From assembly GCA_036172245.1 (NCBI GenBank), contig JAYWIR010000038.1:496001-560000 (forward strand): a stretch of DNA of 64,000 bases. The letters are read 5' to 3'. This stretch comes from Raillietiella orientalis. Taxonomy: Eukaryota. The translations under genes and the position numbers were made by a program. Position 1 is the stretch's first letter. Every line of letters begins with the position of its first letter. The notes beneath the pieces were generated by a model. The model ran no database searches. It was not told the origin of the DNA and was given only the letters and a program-made list of their open reading frames with translations. This document shows, piece by piece, positions 1-14,040 of this stretch.

Positions 1-370
1 GTTCACGAGAGCGCAGCCTCCCACAAAAGCTCAGTGCCGATGTTGTCGAGTGCAAATGCTCAACTCCGGACTCCTCCGATTAGGAGGAGGAGTCCCTTGA
101 CCTATGTCAAACCAAATGCCTTCGATCAAGAGGTGCCCGTGCACCAAATCGAGATGAGAGCTCTCTTGACGCATCTGCTGAGGATGCAACATGCCGATTT
201 CTTACCACGCTCCGTCCTTCCAAGGGCGGAGCGTGGTAAGTGGTAAGAAAGTAAGCGAGTGGCATTCTCTCCTGGCCACCGGCCTGCGCCCTCATGGTGA
301 GCGATACCTGCACAGGCTGGAGGTCACATTGTGCCTCACGGTTGAATCTCCAATCCACCGCGATACAGCA

Positions 371-510
371 TGCAATCCACGGCAACAATGTGCAACCCAC
401 GGCAACAACGTGCAACCCACGGCAACAACGTGCAACCCACGGCAACAATGTGCAACCCACGGCAACAATGTGCAACCCACGGCAACAATGTGCAACCCAC
501 GGCAACAATG
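371..510. repeat. 20-bp tandem minisatellite, 7 units (TGCAACCCACGGCAACAAYG)
   Basis: Seven near-perfect consecutive 20-nt units read directly; they explain the repetitive ORFs in this interval. Confidence 0.97.
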
Positions 511-929
511 CGTAGTCCAAAACAATATTCGCAGCCTGGGAGCTGAACTGATACTTAAAGCAAAATGCTGTTGCAAGCGATTCGTAGCACTCGGCCCCAT
601 GGCTGGTGGGCGCGATGAACGCAAATGGATACCAACATGCTCATTTTGGTGAGGAATCTGCCGCTGCTTCAGTGCCGGAGGGCGGTAGAGGCGTTTGTTT
701 TCAGCTTTCGCATTTGAACATGCCTTCTACGGGACGTGGAGAGAAGCAGTTGGGCGATTCCAGTCATCGGAGCGGACGGTCCAAACTTTGGGGACGTGGG
801 AGCGAAACCAACAGGAGAAACTGGAGTTTTTCTCACTGGGGTCACCGCGGGATGAACAAGAAGTTACTGCCATCTTCCCCATGCGACCAGCGTGGGGTGG
901 CTCATCCAAAGCAAAGAAAACGAGAGCGC

Positions 930-1241
930 CCCACTTTTTCACCCATTTTCTCCGTTTTTCTGGAATTTTCTTGCGGCGGACGAGTCTCCACATTTCTGGG
1001 ACCCTTTTATTCGACGATCCAGGGTGAGTTCCTTACTTGGAGCAGTCTCAAAAAGTCACTCTGCAAAAATCCAACGGGAACTCGGGGGTTGGTCCTAGAC
1101 CAGCCAAAATCCAGGAAGACGGGGTGTTTTTGTAAAGTTCCAACCTTCTCGAACGGCTCCGGCGAAAAGATGCTGAAGACAATACTTCCGCAGTTTCAGT
1201 CGGTCTTCAAGGGCACGGAAAGATTCAGGCGGTGGAGATGA
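930..1241 (+). pseudogene. Degenerate BAF-like (helix-hairpin-helix) unit
   Basis: FSPIFSVFLEFSCGGRVSTFLG matches YSPSFDVFCKCTSMKSPISQIPG of the 36655-37008 ORF (SPxFxVF, then V/I-S-x-hydrophobic-x-G) with a 1-aa offset; the downstream part is poorly conserved. Confidence 0.4.
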
Positions 1242-2049
1242 ACGGTGGTGGCGCTGTATTCGCTAATAGCGTTCCTCTGCTCCTTCTGGTGTTCTTGATG
1301 CTGGCGGCTCGGACCGTCTGAACGGGAAAAATGGTGCGGTAGCTATCCATTTTCCCGGAATCCTCATCCTGCCAGCGCAGAGTGGAGTGGGTGAGTGTCA
1401 CTGCACTGTTCCGGGTGGGACCCTCCTTTAAGGGAACTGGATGCATCTCGGGAGAAAAGGAAGGAAGGGAGAGGGGGAAGCATTCATTTCCACTGTGGAC
1501 TCATCCACGTTCTGCAGTTCCAATATGAAGGGTTTCCGCGCGCTGTCACTCCGCATGAACCAGTGGCGGGACACACCCGCCCACTCCCTGCAGCTCCCGG
1601 CACCGTCTCCGTAACCGCGGATGACGTTGGGGTGATCTCCAGCCGTGCCGTCTCGTGACCTATGGACTCCATCGGGCTGGAAAATCTTCATCTAGGCCCA
1701 GCTTGTCCCGCGCAGCGGCTACCCGCCAAGCGCGTGCGCACCGCCGGTCCACTTTCGATCATCGGTCGTAGACAGGTTCTCTGCCAACACTTTTCGGAGC
1801 TGCCACGGGAGGAAAGGTGGGGGTGGATCTAGAAAACTGTGGGAAAGAACCCATCCGAAACACCCCTCATCCCAGCGTAGAATCGCCACCGCGCAGCCAC
1901 GGTTTGGGGTGACCTTCGACCAGCTCAGCGAGTAGGTGGGCTGTCCGGTCTCCAGAGAAGGCGGGACACTTCCCGGAATCCCCGGTCAGCAAACCAGGTC
2001 CGGGGCTAAAGAGAGGGATCACCAATGCGCAAACCAGCGCAGAAGTGAA

Positions 2050-3535
2050 ACCGGGAAGCATCCTGAACGTTGGCAACCTCCCGGCGCTACGAGGTAAGTC
2101 GAGGGTTTGAAGCCGAAAGGAGAAAAATTCCCGACAGAGCCCTCGTCTCGACAAGGAACTTCCGTCCCTCTCTGAGACATGCTCGTTGTTTGGACCGGTC
2201 TCTCTTCTAGTAGGAAGGAAGTCCTCTCTACGGGAGCGCGGCCGCGGTGGGAGACCACGGATGCATGGGCACGGGTCTCTCCCGGACAGACCCGGGACTA
2301 ACCCGACCCTATCGCACCTCCTGAGGGGCAGCGCGCCCCCACAAGAGGTGTGACAGGACCCCGAGGAGTGGGGCGTGCCCCAGACGCAGCGCCGTGCAAC
2401 TTACAGGAGCGCGGCGGCAGGGGCCGACCGGCCGGGCTGGAGGTCCCCTGCTGCGTGACCCACCAAATGACTTGGCCCGAGAAGTTTCAGGTGCCGCGGC
2501 GCCAGGCGCTGGCGGGCGGACCGTTTTGACTCCCACCCCCGGATGCAGTAGCGATGATCACTTCGACCGTCGGGCCGCTGGCGCTGCAGAAGCCGCGTGT
2601 TGGCGACCCGCGGCGTCTGCACGGTGGCAATGGGGGGGAGGAAAGGCAGCAGCCACTCGCTTCACCTCACCTGCGACGCAAGAGGTGGCCTCGCCTCCGC
2701 CCCGAATTCAAGGAGGGAGCAGTCCAGGTCTCGGGAAGGCCACGGAAAAGGTGCAAATCGGAAGTCCAGCGACCCATCACCCCTACCCCCATCCACGCAC
2801 CCCTGTCCCATGGACCCGGTGTTTCCCCACACCGCTCATCGATTTATTCATTTTTGCCCTTCTTGTCCTCTTGGCCCCTCTGTGCCAGGCGCTTTTTCTA
2901 CCCTCCTGGCCACCGGCCTGTGTCGCGGAGCTTCCCGAGTCGCGCCCCAAGGACAAGTGGATGCACCTTAGGCAGATGTCCCGGAGTGACCGAGTCACAA
3001 ACAGCAACAACAGTGTTTCCTCCAGAACACGACGCCTCCCTCGTGACTTCCCGCTAAGGAAGGGTGGAGAAGGGGAATCGGGGAGGATGGAAAGATGCTC
3101 TTCACTACTGCCCCGTTCGGATCACTTGCGAAGAACAATGCCTTCTCTAAGCTTGGGTGAGGTGAAGGTAGTGCTGGAAGCGAATCCCCCTGGCATCGCC
3201 GTCCGTCCAAGACAGGACCGTGAGTGTGGGCGGCGACGAGGGGCACCGATTCGAATCTTCCGAAAGGGGTCGGTGGTTGCCAAGCGACGGGGGAAGGTGG
3301 GGCTGAGGGCAAGCTCGAGCTCTTTTCTTCTGCCCTTTCATCTACATTTCGATCGCATCGGTCCCGGGGGAGGAAGGAGTACAACGGATGAGTCAGGAAG
3401 CATCCTGGGCGTTGGCAACCCCCTGGCTCTGCGAGGGAGGTCAAGGGTTCGAAACCGGAAGGGGAAACCGCCTGAGAGAACCCTCATCTCGACAAGAAAC
3501 GTCCGCCCACTCTGGGACCGACGTTCCTTGTTCAG
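2050..3535 (+). repeat. Two diverged direct copies (~2050-2190 and ~3392-3535) of a ~140-bp GC-rich segment
   Basis: GGAAGCATCCTG..CGTTGGCAACC..GAGG..TCGACAAG.AAC.TCCG present twice; probably fragments of one repeat family. Confidence 0.7.
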
Positions 3536-3679
3536 CGCGTGAAGCACGAGATGGACCGATGCATCGAGTCGCTCGAGCTTCCTAAATGCACTCCAGCGCC
3601 CGAGGCGGCGCGTTCCGCTTTCACAATTCCTCTATTGCATGCGAAATTCTGAAAGCGGCCACCGCACCATCGAAGCTTC

Positions 3680-4820
3680 CCGCTCCCCGATAACCGGAGA
3701 ATTGCTGGTTCCCATTTTCTAGACAGTGAATCTGTCCGGGGGGGAGGCTTTCGAGGACTTCCTTACCGTGTCTTGCGTTCAGCGGATCCGCACCCTACCA
3801 TTCCCCCATGTGGCGCCCTCTGCCTTTCCCTCGCAGGTTCCCATTTCTTTCAGAGTCAGCCCGTCCTGCATTCCGGTACCCAAAACCAGCCCCGCTGTCC
3901 CTTTCTCAAGTGTCTCAACGCATCCTCAGTCTATGTGCGCTTCGCAGAGAACGTCCTGGAGTCCACGGTAACGGCGCTCCAAAACGGCGCCGCAACAATG
4001 GACGCCAACGCCCGGAGGGCATGCAGCCTGGTTTTCTGCACGTTCAGAGGCTTCCTGCGAAAGTGCGTTCTCAATGCCGCGAGCCTTCCACGGGCATTGG
4101 GTGCAAGCATCTGCTGGTTCCGTAAGACCAACTAACTGTCTTTCGCCCCAGATGAAGGGGGTGGACCAGTGGGAATGTCACCCAGGGGTCGCATTTTCCG
4201 GCAGGCTTTCCTGCAGCAACGGAGGGCCTCTTCCACCCGCCAACCCTGACTGGAATATCCTGTCTGCGTGTGTCGCCCTCCGCCCCATGTGGGATCGACT
4301 CTCGTCGATTCTGAACATTCCGGTGGGCGACCCACAAGACATTTTCCGTCGCCTCCTGATGCGGGACGCCCTGCCAGCAGCCGCGTGTGTAGCAGTTCTC
4401 TGTTGCATATGCGGAATCCTGGACCAGTGGACTGCATCGAGGAGAGGACACAACAGCCGGAACCCCCATTCACTGGGCGGCCATCTCCATTGAGAAGACT
4501 TCCCGATGGCGCCGGTTAAGGAAAATTCTACCGGCACCTGTCCGCATCCAAAACCGGATGCAGAGGCCCCCTCGCGGCGTACCGTGATCCCTTCCCTTCC
4601 CTCCCCTCCCTTTTACACTTTGTCCCCCCTTGTGTTTTTGTTTGCGCCCCCTTTGCCAGTGTAGAGGACCTCACCGGCCTGCGGGTCGGTAAGGACAAGT
4701 GCACCAAGGCAGTCAAAACTTGCCAGAAGACTGAAAAAACTTGACAAAAGACCAGACTTTATTATAAAATCTTATTGTAAAAATTTTAATAATAAAAGCC
4801 CCGGCTTGTCCGGGTGAAAA
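3680..4820 (+). mobile_element. 3' fragment of L1/Tx1-like LINE (C-terminal Cys/His region plus 3' tail)
   Basis: Peptide CVALRPMWDRLSSIL...DIFRRLLMRDAL is homologous to copies at 33.4-33.6, 39.9-40.0, 40.7-40.8 and 44.1-44.2 kb; ends in AATAAAAGCCCCGGCTTGTCCGGGTGAAAAA. Confidence 0.75.
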
Positions 4821-5399
4821 ACCCTATCCGAACCCCCCACTCTCCACCCTCCTCCGCAGCATCTGCGAGTACGGTACTGCTTCCTCCCGGGATCAGCTTC
4901 CCTGCGCGAGTGCGTGAAAAATATGCGGAGGAGGAGCCGCCTGCAGTACGCAACCGAAGAGAGCCCGTGGAGGAAATAAGGTGTCACTTCCCGTTGCCAG
5001 GACCTCTCGTCTCGCGAGGAGGATCTCGCCGTTCTCGGTGAGTGAGTGCTCACCTTATCTTGCAGCTCCGTGACGTCACCGCCTCGAAACGGCGTTGATT
5101 CGCTCCGCGATGCGAAGGCGGGAAAAATCATCTTTCCTTTGTGTTTTTGCGTCGACATGGTTGCTAATGGGGCTTTCTCTCTCTTGCCCCGTCTCCCCTT
5201 ACCCCTTCTCTCTCTCTATTTATACATCTAGATAGATAGATGAATAGAGAAATATATATATGAAGTCCAACATTCTAAAAAAAAAAAGATGAAATGACCC
5301 TGTAAAGAAGGGTCCATCATTCAGCTGAAATAGAACACGACGATCTTGAAAGGTGCCCGCGGGTTTGATGCACTGACTGACTTCGTGACTGCGGCGGTC

Positions 5400-7870
5400 C
5401 GGGGATTCCCTGAAAACTGTCCCGCGACCCAGGAGGCAGGGAGGTCGCGTTCGCCTCGTCTCGCCGAGGGTCTGCGCGAGGATTTCCGGCCTGCGTGGGG
5501 CTGACTGACGCTCGTGCCGCCTGGCTTTGCCCTCTCCGGTTTTTTTTTTCGCCCCGGGACTTCCCCGCTTTCCCCAGGTTCTCCACTGAGGCTGCGGTAA
5601 TGTCTTCCCTGTTCCCGTCGGGCGCAAGCGACCCGGCGGAAAAGCGTGCGTTCGGCTCCAACGCGGGGACCCCCCACGCAGCCCGCGATTTCCCGCCAGG
5701 CGGTCCTCTGGGAGCGCAGGAAGGGGCGCGGCTCTTGCCTTTGAGAACGGCGCGCGCTCACCTCCCACCGGGTGGTGCGGGTTCGCCTCAGGCGCTCGGT
5801 TGAGCGGGCAGTGCGTCGCCTCCCGATCTGCAAGGCGTGGTCCGGCCAGCGTTCCCCCCCAGTCTCCTGGAGATCCATCCCGTGGTGGTCAGGCGGACCC
5901 CGGGAAGGACTCTCGCGGAGGCAAGGCCCCTCCGCTCCGAGGGGGACGCCATCTGCCACTCCCTTCCAAAGACTCCTCGGGGGACTCGACTTGAGCGTGG
6001 AGGGACTTGAGGCGGTCCCGGCGGGAAGGTCGACCTTCCGTCCCGAGATCGCCCTCCTTCCCCGGGAAGGTGGACTGGAGAGAGCACTTCGCGTTGAGGG
6101 GAAGGCGGCCTTCCACTTCAAATCAAGGAAAGGGCCCATCCCTTCCCTTGTCCTGGGGCGGTACCAGGGGGCCGGGGTTCCCGTGGGAGCAGGCCGGTGT
6201 GCTCAGCGGTGCCCGTCTCTCCCTCCAGGAGCAGCACAGAGGCGGTTTCCCTGACGACCCCGCCAGAGCAGCGCGTCGCCCCTCCCAGCCGGAAGATGCC
6301 GCTGCGGAAGCGCCCCCTACTGAGGGCAGCCCTCGTCCTGTTCCTCCTGTTCCCGCCCAGCGGGGGGCAGGAGAGGCGAACCAGGTGGGTGGGGAGGAGG
6401 GTGGTCGCGGGCGCATGGCCGCGTCTTCCCGCGAGCGCGGGCCACTCCTGCCTGCGGGAAAATTCCCCGTTGTCCGGGTGATGTCCTGTGCCTCAAGGAG
6501 GACTTTCGCCCCAGGATCTCCCCCCTCCCTTCCTTCACTCCCTTCCTCCGCTTCGCGACGATTGCGTGCGTGGCGGTGGCCCGTCCGTTGCCGTGCGACC
6601 GGCCGGTTGCCCTGCCTCCGGGAACGCTGTTCCCCCTTTCTGCTCGGTATGGGGAGAGGTCGTCCCGCCTCCGCTTTCCGGAGCGCGCAGGAGGCTTTTG
6701 TGCCGCTCCACTGCCGAAGAAGAGACCTCAGAGGCGTTGCCGGGGAGACGAGGGGTGCCCATTGCATCTTCCTCGAGGCGTTCCGAGCTTCGTCGACGGG
6801 GACGTCTCGGGGTCCTCTCTTCGTGCCGGCTTCCCTGTCTTCCGGGCGAACCACGCACCTCCATCCTCGCGCTGCTCGCGCCATCTAGAGTGGAAGGCCT
6901 CGAGGCTTGCCGGCAGCGCAGGGCGGGTTTCTCTGCCTGCCCTTTCCGTGGGGCCCGCGGAACGTTCTCGGGGTGAGGACTCGCGCACATAGTGCCCTCT
7001 GCTGGACGGCGCAAGCGGAAAATCGCAGATGCGATCGCACAGTCTAGGGAGTCTTCTTCGGAGGTCCTCCGGGAGTCCTCCCGAGGTCTCACAGATCGAC
7101 CAGCACTGCGAAAGTCTCCCCCTCTTCCTCATCCCACATCACAACTTTCCTCTTCCGGTTCCGCTTCAGCACCCCCGGTGCCCCCTTACCCGCCCGCGCC
7201 CATCCCTCCGAAACGTCCAATCAACTCCGGCGGCAACTGGCGCGGGAAGGCTCACGACGCCCCTGGCTGCTGGAAAGGTCCCAGGGGCGACGCAGGATCT
7301 GCATCCACCGGGCTGATGGCGCCCACCATCAGCTCTGTTCTTCTCTTCCCTCATCGCTTCCCCCTTCTACCCCTCAAATGCGCACCTGCCGCGGGTGCCC
7401 GACGTCCCGAGGCGTTCCGTTCTTTGTTCTTCCACTCGGTCGAGGTAATCAGCGGCAGCGGGCTGCTGGTTGACCTTCCTGCGCGCTCGAGGGCGCTTAC
7501 GCGCGGAGGCCGTTCGGCCGCTCGGTCGGCTCCGCTCCCTGACGTCATCCCCGCCATCCAATGGTAACGTGGAGTTTTCGCGCAGCCGCAGCCTCCGCTC
7601 ATGCGCCTCCAGCCGCTTCGGCAGCTCCCTTGCCCGCGGTGCACCTGTGGACCGTGCCCAACGGAGGACGGAAGACGGGGCGGTGCACTTGAGAGCGAGC
7701 GGCGGTGCTTCCCGTGCGAGCCTTTCTGAGCCATTGCCAGGGCAGGTGGGGCAGCAGGGTGGCGGTGGTGGCCCCGGTCCCGCAAGCAAGGAGGCGCCTC
7801 AAAGATGGGCGTCGTCGCGACCAGTTCCTCCGGGAGAACTACCTGTGAGACGAAAGACCAAAGCCCCTTC
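5400..7870 (-). mobile_element. Heavily degraded LINE ORF1/endonuclease-like segment
   Basis: Very GC-rich; DLQET (APE-like LQET motif) near 5870 on the minus strand; no intact frame. Confidence 0.35.
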
Positions 7871-9649
7871 GCAAACACCAACTCATCCACCTGTGTTCAC
7901 GTGTGTGCGTTCGCGTGTACAGAAACGCATGTGCATGTGCACGTGCGCGCACCTTTGCGCATGCATGTTTTTTGGATCAAGTAACGCTTTCGATGAGTGG
8001 CATCCCTGCAGCGGGTGCGGGCACCGTGCCACAAGAGCAGGGGCGAGTGTGTACCGAAATCCAAGTACCACCTCGCCCTCATGCAAGGGGTTCGAAGGAG
8101 CGCCGAGACGCGAAAAGGGTGGTGGTCGCCCGTCTGCTGAGAATGCCCTTGGCTGTTCATCGCTTGCGGATTTGCGCCTTTTTCAGTTCCTGTTTTTCTT
8201 CAACCCTACGTCGCGAGGGGCCGTGAAGGGCCCGCCGTCGGGGAGGATGTTCGTCCTTGGCCGGTCGCGCGAGTTCCCGTGATCGTCTCTGCCTGTTCGA
8301 CCGGGGGCTGTGCGCTTGACCTCTCCCGCCCTTTGGCCTCGCCTGCACCCCTTCCCCTCGAGCTGGTGTTTCGCCCCGTCACGGGAACGTCCCTCAGGTA
8401 CTTCGGATCGACCCGACCACCCTCCTCCGCGAACCCCAGCAACCATTGGCCGTCCTCTGGGGGCCGGAAGTGACCGCACTACGCGCCAGAAGAGGGTGAG
8501 GGCGAGAGGAGGACCCCTGCTTCGTGGCGACCTTCCCCGGGCAGCGACATCCGCGGCCATCCTGGACGCAAGCTCGCGTCGCCCGGGACGGAGCCTTGGG
8601 AAAGCACGTCTGCCATCCGCGCGCCGCCACCGGAAGTGCCGCCGCTGGCGACGCGAGGACAGGGGGACCGTTCGTCGGATGATCCCCTGCGAAGCCTCCG
8701 GGTCTCCCGAACTGGACTGTCGCCGTCGTTTCAGGAGACGGGGTGTCGCCCTCGAAGCCTGCGGAGTCGCGGGAGGGCCCTCGGTTTTTGCCGGTCCATC
8801 GGAGGAGCGGCAGAGACTCCAGGGCGGGGTCACAAGGATATCTCTGCTCGAGGAAGGGGGAGAACCGGCTCCAGAGTCTCGCGCCCTCTACCGGGGAGGA
8901 GAGCCACCTCCCTCGGCCGCCGCCCCTGCTCCCGGAACGGCAGCTGCCGCCCCCTCGGCTCCATCTGCATGGGGCGCCCTGTTTGCTCGGGAGCGCTGGC
9001 TCCTCGCGAGGAGGGACTCCCGTGGGAGTCGGCCACCTGGCCGCAGGCGGGGGTGTCTCCCTCGGAGCCCCGTTTTCCGCGTGTTTCCTCCCCCCTTCCC
9101 CTTATTACTCCTCGCAAGCTCCCTCCTCGCGTGGCCGGCCCGTCACGGAGGGCGCCCAGGGCCTCCTGCGCAGACGCACCGCTGCCCAGGAGGTCTCGCC
9201 AGTCCTTAGCCCTCATGAACTGCTCCTCCCCTCCCCCCACCGCCGCCCGCCTTTCCCCTTCTCCAGTCTCCCCTCTCGCGCGCAGGTGGCGTGCCGACCT
9301 CCAGGCGTCCTCTGGGGTCCTCCTGCGGGAGATTGCGGCGACGTCGACTTCTGATCGACCGACTGGTTTCTGGGGCAGGCGAGCGACCCCACCCCCAAAT
9401 CGTGTTTTTGGTCGGGTCCCCGGTGGGCGGACAGGCCTCTTGGAGACGCTGGTGCCAGGAGCAGCTCACCGGCCCTCCGGCAGGGTGACTTTCTTTCCTG
9501 CAGGGGGAGACGACCCTTCTGAGCAAAAGGTTAATCCCGGCTTCCTTTCGGCACCGTCTGGAGGCCCAAGGGAAGCTGATCGCTTCTTGCGCTCGCCGGT
9601 CCACTTGACCCACGTCGAGGTGGTCGCGTTTGTGGTCACGCGCTCTCCC

Positions 9650-10265
9650 ACCTCGGGCGTCCAGGTCCTCCTCCGCGTTGGCTGCCGTGAGGCACCGGAC
9701 GTTGCGGGTTCGAATCCCTCCCCGGGTGAAAAGCCGACGCCAAGAAATGGGGCGCGTCGTGGGTTTATGAGTCTTCCTCCCCAAGATGACGCCGGTTGAT
9801 CCCGGTTAAATTCGGATGCGGCGACACTGGCGGGAAGGTGGATGCCCCCGTTGACCGCCCGGGATTGATAGCTGATCTTCCGGGGTCCTTCCAGGACATC
9901 AGAGAGTCCTTCGTGGTTCCTCTCCGGTTGTGAAAATGGGGATGCCCCTTCTTGGGGGGAGCGACCCTCCATCGCGTACCACGGAGCTGGCTTTTCCCTC
10001 TCCAGAGCGTGGAAAAGGAGCGGCTCCCTTCGGAAGCGATACTTCAGAGAAATGGGGAAGCGTCCCTTCGCGGTTCCCTCAGAGGAGGGGGAAACGAGGA
10101 GCGGATCCTTTCCAGGGGGTCCCCCCGGAGAGAACCAGGAAGGTATTCTTCCCTTCGGGGCTCCCTTCCCAAGAGTAAAGGGAACAAGCTCCTGCCCCAG
10201 GAGCCCTTCGCGGATTCATAAGGCGGTCCCCTACCGGGGCACCCCCCACCTTGAAGAGTTGACGT
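9650..10265 (+). mobile_element. tRNA-headed dispersed repeat (SINE-like or LINE 5' leader), copy 1
   Basis: B-box GGTTCGAATCCC at 9707-9718; body motif GGAAACGAGGAGCGGATCCTTTCC shared with other copies. Confidence 0.75.
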
Positions 10266-10619
10266 GTTGAAGGTCTCCCTCGGAGCTGCGCGCGTGGCGG
10301 AGCGCCACGCTAGGATCCACCACGCGGCGCCCTTCTGTACTTTTTCTGTATATGTACTCTCAAGGCGGGGGCTCTGTACACAATGCGGCACCTGGAGACA
10401 CCTTTCTCCCGTTTTGGCTTCGTTTCTGGACATCGTAGGCGTCGCTGCCTTCCCCGCGGTTCCACTCTGCATTTGGGTGCCGAGCCCTTTCCCGTCGCGG
10501 GCGAGGGCGAGGTCATCAGCGCTCTCGCTTTCTGGTCGTCACGGACAGAAGCTCTTGCTCCTCCCTGGTTCATTCAGGTCAGCTTCCGCTCCAGCGAAGA
10601 GTGAAGTGACCTGAGCGTG

Positions 10620-12440
10620 AGCGTTCGGATCGCTTCGCTCTTCATCACCCAAATCAGACCCAGCAAGCTCCGAAAAAAAAGTCCTTACGTTTCCATATGG
10701 TCCGGGAATTCCTTTGCCACTGGGTGAGGGGGGGGTCTTCCTCATCCCTTCTTCGACAGTCCGGCTGCACCTCCGCCGACCCAAAGGAACCTCTGAGGCC
10801 ACCTCTTTCCCGGCCCGAGGCGGACGCTCGCAAGCACCTGCCGATGCCAGGGGGCAGAGAGAGCGTCGGAAGCGTCACCTTGCCAGGAAGCCTCCTGGTC
10901 ACGTGCTGCTCCTCCAGCAGAGGGGCGAGAGAACCCCGCGCTGACATCGGTGACCAGCTGGGGAAGGGGGGCTCTGGAGTCCGGTTTTTCGGCCTCTTTA
11001 GTGGGGTAGGGGAAGTCCGTCCCCAATCGGCCCCTTGAAGCCGACAGGCATCAGCAGTGCCCCAAGTCCTTCATAATCCCACGTTACGGATCCACCACCC
11101 TCATTCTGTTCCCTTTCTCGAGAGACGAGACCCCCCTCCCTGACTAACCGATTGATCCGTGGGAGCCACCTGGTCCCTTTGAAGAAGTCTTGCGGGCATT
11201 CTCGACGACGGGTCATTCGGGCATCTGCCGTGGCTCCTGATCGGTTTCCCTCCAGCCGCCACCCCAGGTACCTGCTGCGGCGCCAGTGCAGCTTTCGGGG
11301 TTCCAGCTTCCCGATATCGGTCTTTCCCCTTTCGGGGAGATAACCTGCCATGAGACCGCATCCTTTCTCATCCACTTTTCTTTGGCTCGGGAGATGGGCG
11401 TTCTTGTCCGTTGGCCGTCTGACTTCCGGCTGTTTCCCTTTCCGCCACTCGGCTTCTCCGCCAGCCCTTTTCGGTTGGCCTTTTCCCCTGGATCCCTCCT
11501 TGGGCAGATTCCTTCTTTCCTCCCGTCCTCGGACACGTCCCTCTCTGGAAGGGAGCATCATTCTAAAGAGGAGCTGCTGCTGTCTCGCTGAGCGAGGTTG
11601 CTTCCTGGAGCTTTCCCCCTCCACTGGGTCCACCGCCTTGTTCTGCTCCAATGCCTTTGGTTTCCGTTTCCACTTTCCCGGCGCCAGAAGCCGTGGTGGC
11701 GCTTTCGAGCGGCTGAGTTTCCCCTTCTCTTCCTCTTCACTTTTGGGGACTCCCACCCGCCTCTCCCTGTTTCGTTCTTTTCGTTTGGGAGGGAAGACCT
11801 GATCAGAATCGGAAACCCCGATTTCTTCCCCGCCATCGAGCTGCACGCCCCCTCCCCTCCCACAACTCCGTTCTCCCTCCCTCCCCCGAGGCCTTCAGCA
11901 GCGTCGACTTCCCGGCGGACTCGTCGAGGGGCGGGAGAAATCCACCCCAGTCCTGCGCGGCCGAGTCAGCTCGGAGGCCGGCGGAGACGTCCGTCCGGCG
12001 CACTGCAGGCTCTTTAGGATTCACGAGGTCCCAGCAAGCCGGCGCCTCAGGGGAAGAACTGCCCGCATTCCTCCTTCTGTCCTCCCGGCTGGCTGGTTGC
12101 AGCCAACCTGCATCCGACCAGGGCGACTCTCAACCTGGGGTCCGATGTGCTGCGGAGGCGCCTCCTTGGAGATCCCTTTTGGGGTGGTTGGCGCTCGTTG
12201 AGCTCGGCGCTCCATCCATCCTCCGTGACGACCCGCCACATTCCTGGAGCAACTCCGAATCTCTGGCTAGGAAGAGCCTGGATTCTGGGGGCTCCCCTCG
12301 AACGCCTTGGCGTGACCTCTCGAACGCGCAGGAAGTCGCTGCGTTCCACGGGATTCGCGAGCGATAAAACTCGAGCGAAAAGCGCAAGGTCGCTGCGCGA
12401 CAGTCTGGCGGAAAGAAGCGCCGGTGGGTGCGTTTAGCCA
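10620..12440 (-). mobile_element. Probable degraded LINE ORF2 fragment
   Basis: GC-rich, purine-biased on the minus strand like the other LINE bodies; no diagnostic motif retained. Confidence 0.25.
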
Positions 12441-13789
12441 ATGGGAGAGAGCTGGTGATGCCTTCCCATGCCGCGGAGGCGCGCGGAGATGTTCAGATGG
12501 ATAGGCTTCCGCTCCTCATTTTTCAAAGGATAATTTGATCCTCCTCTTGTCTTCTCAGCTAAGTATATGCACTGTGTGTGTGTGTGTTTTTGTTTTTTGG
12601 AGGGGGTGGCGGTCCGGAGTGGGTGGGCCACTGAAAAATAAAGTGGCAAAAGATGCGTGCGCACTTCCCTCTGTTAGATGACGAAAAATAGAAGTTCTGC
12701 TGGATGCGGACGGCTTGCGCTCCTAATCCCTGCAGCCGGTCACAGAGCTGGATGAAGTTCCCCAAATCTAATCCTCTGGTATGTGAACGCTTCGCGACAC
12801 GATTGCCAAATGATGGTAGGTAACCGGGTTGCTATGGGCAGACGGTTACAATATCCTCTTTCTCGAAAGAGAGAGCGAGAGAGCGAAAATGGCCCTTTAT
12901 CAGATTTTATTGCCTCTTTGTGGCATCTCGCTTCATTTTACGATTTATACCACTCATATTTTATTTATTTTTGCATTTATTCTCCTCCATGGTAACATCT
13001 GACCATATTTAGAAACGAGCAGGATCAGCGCCAGGTCGCGATCCGAGCGATTTCCTCTTATCCTGGGAGACAGCAGTTTCTTCTCTTTTTTTTTAGCGGC
13101 TGGTTTCACGTGAGCGACGTCGTGGTGATGGATCGGAACTGCTTCTAAGATCCGTGTCGCGTAGTAACGCCCCTGTGTTTCTTTTCTGCCTCTAACACCA
13201 CCTCCCTTCCGTTGCCAATCACCTGGAAATCTCCTTTCGGCTCGCTTTCGGAACCGACGCGACGGATTCACCGATCACAGCAGCACTCTTGAACGCATCA
13301 AGACTCGCTGAAGATGCGTGTCTGGATCAGGTACATCGCAAAGCCACTGTCACCAGAGGTCGATTTTTCTCGAGTCGGGGCGGGTCCTGCAGGGAAGTTT
13401 CTGGCTCCGAATCCGTCTCGGCACTGTTTTGATTGTGGGTGGACACGTGTTTGATGGAATCCATCTGGTCCATCATCGAGTGCGGCAAACACTGGCAGAT
13501 GAATGGCATCTGACACGCCCGCTTTACGGGAAATTTTCGGAAGGGTTGATTCCTCGGCGTGCCGGCGGAACATCTGCGGATGCTGTTCCCTATGGACAGC
13601 TTCCTGTGGACCGGTCACAAAGTGCCAAGGGTGGCGCTGACCACGTCAATTAGGGCTTTTAGATTCAGAGCTTTTTAATAGCTGAGTGAACAGGAAAGCC
13701 AGCGAGAAGCTGTCACGGAACGTCCGTCTCGTGTTATTTGTGGGTTCACGTCTTCGGGACGTCTTTCGAACCGGCCTCCCCACTATCTG

Positions 13790-14040
13790 CACGTGCCCGG
13801 AAGTTTTCCGATTTATTGCCACTCACAGCCTCAAAGACTTCCTCGTGATGAACGCCGCTGGGTTTGTCCTCCAGCTGCACCCTCACTCCTCGTGATAGTT
13901 AAGGGAACCTTCGCCTTGACTGTTCCCCACTTTTGCTAGGCCCCTCCTCTCTGCTGCGCTTCCGGTTGGTGCACTTTTCAAGAAAGGGAGCTTATCCGCT
14001 CGAAGTGGATGCATCGATCCGTTCGAACTCTTCTCGAAAA
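13790..14040 (+). pseudogene. Degenerate BAF-like unit
   Basis: VFRFIATHSLKDFLVMNAAGF resembles BAF [20 protein letters not shown] (1-aa insertion); stop codons follow. Confidence 0.35.

Noticed and set aside
371..510. CRISPR-like array
   Set aside because: Units are contiguous with no unique spacers, and no cas genes are present in this eukaryotic context.
9650..9730. Functional tRNA genes at the B-box sites (also 14648, 16277, 44774, 45891)
   Set aside because: No complete cloverleaf could be folded by eye; most sit at the head of a dispersed repeat and 45891 is an isolated motif.
5300..9800. Long overlapping 200-390 aa ORFs as real genes
   Set aside because: Arg/Pro/Gly/Ser-rich, open in several frames on both strands; expected from very high GC in decayed repeats.
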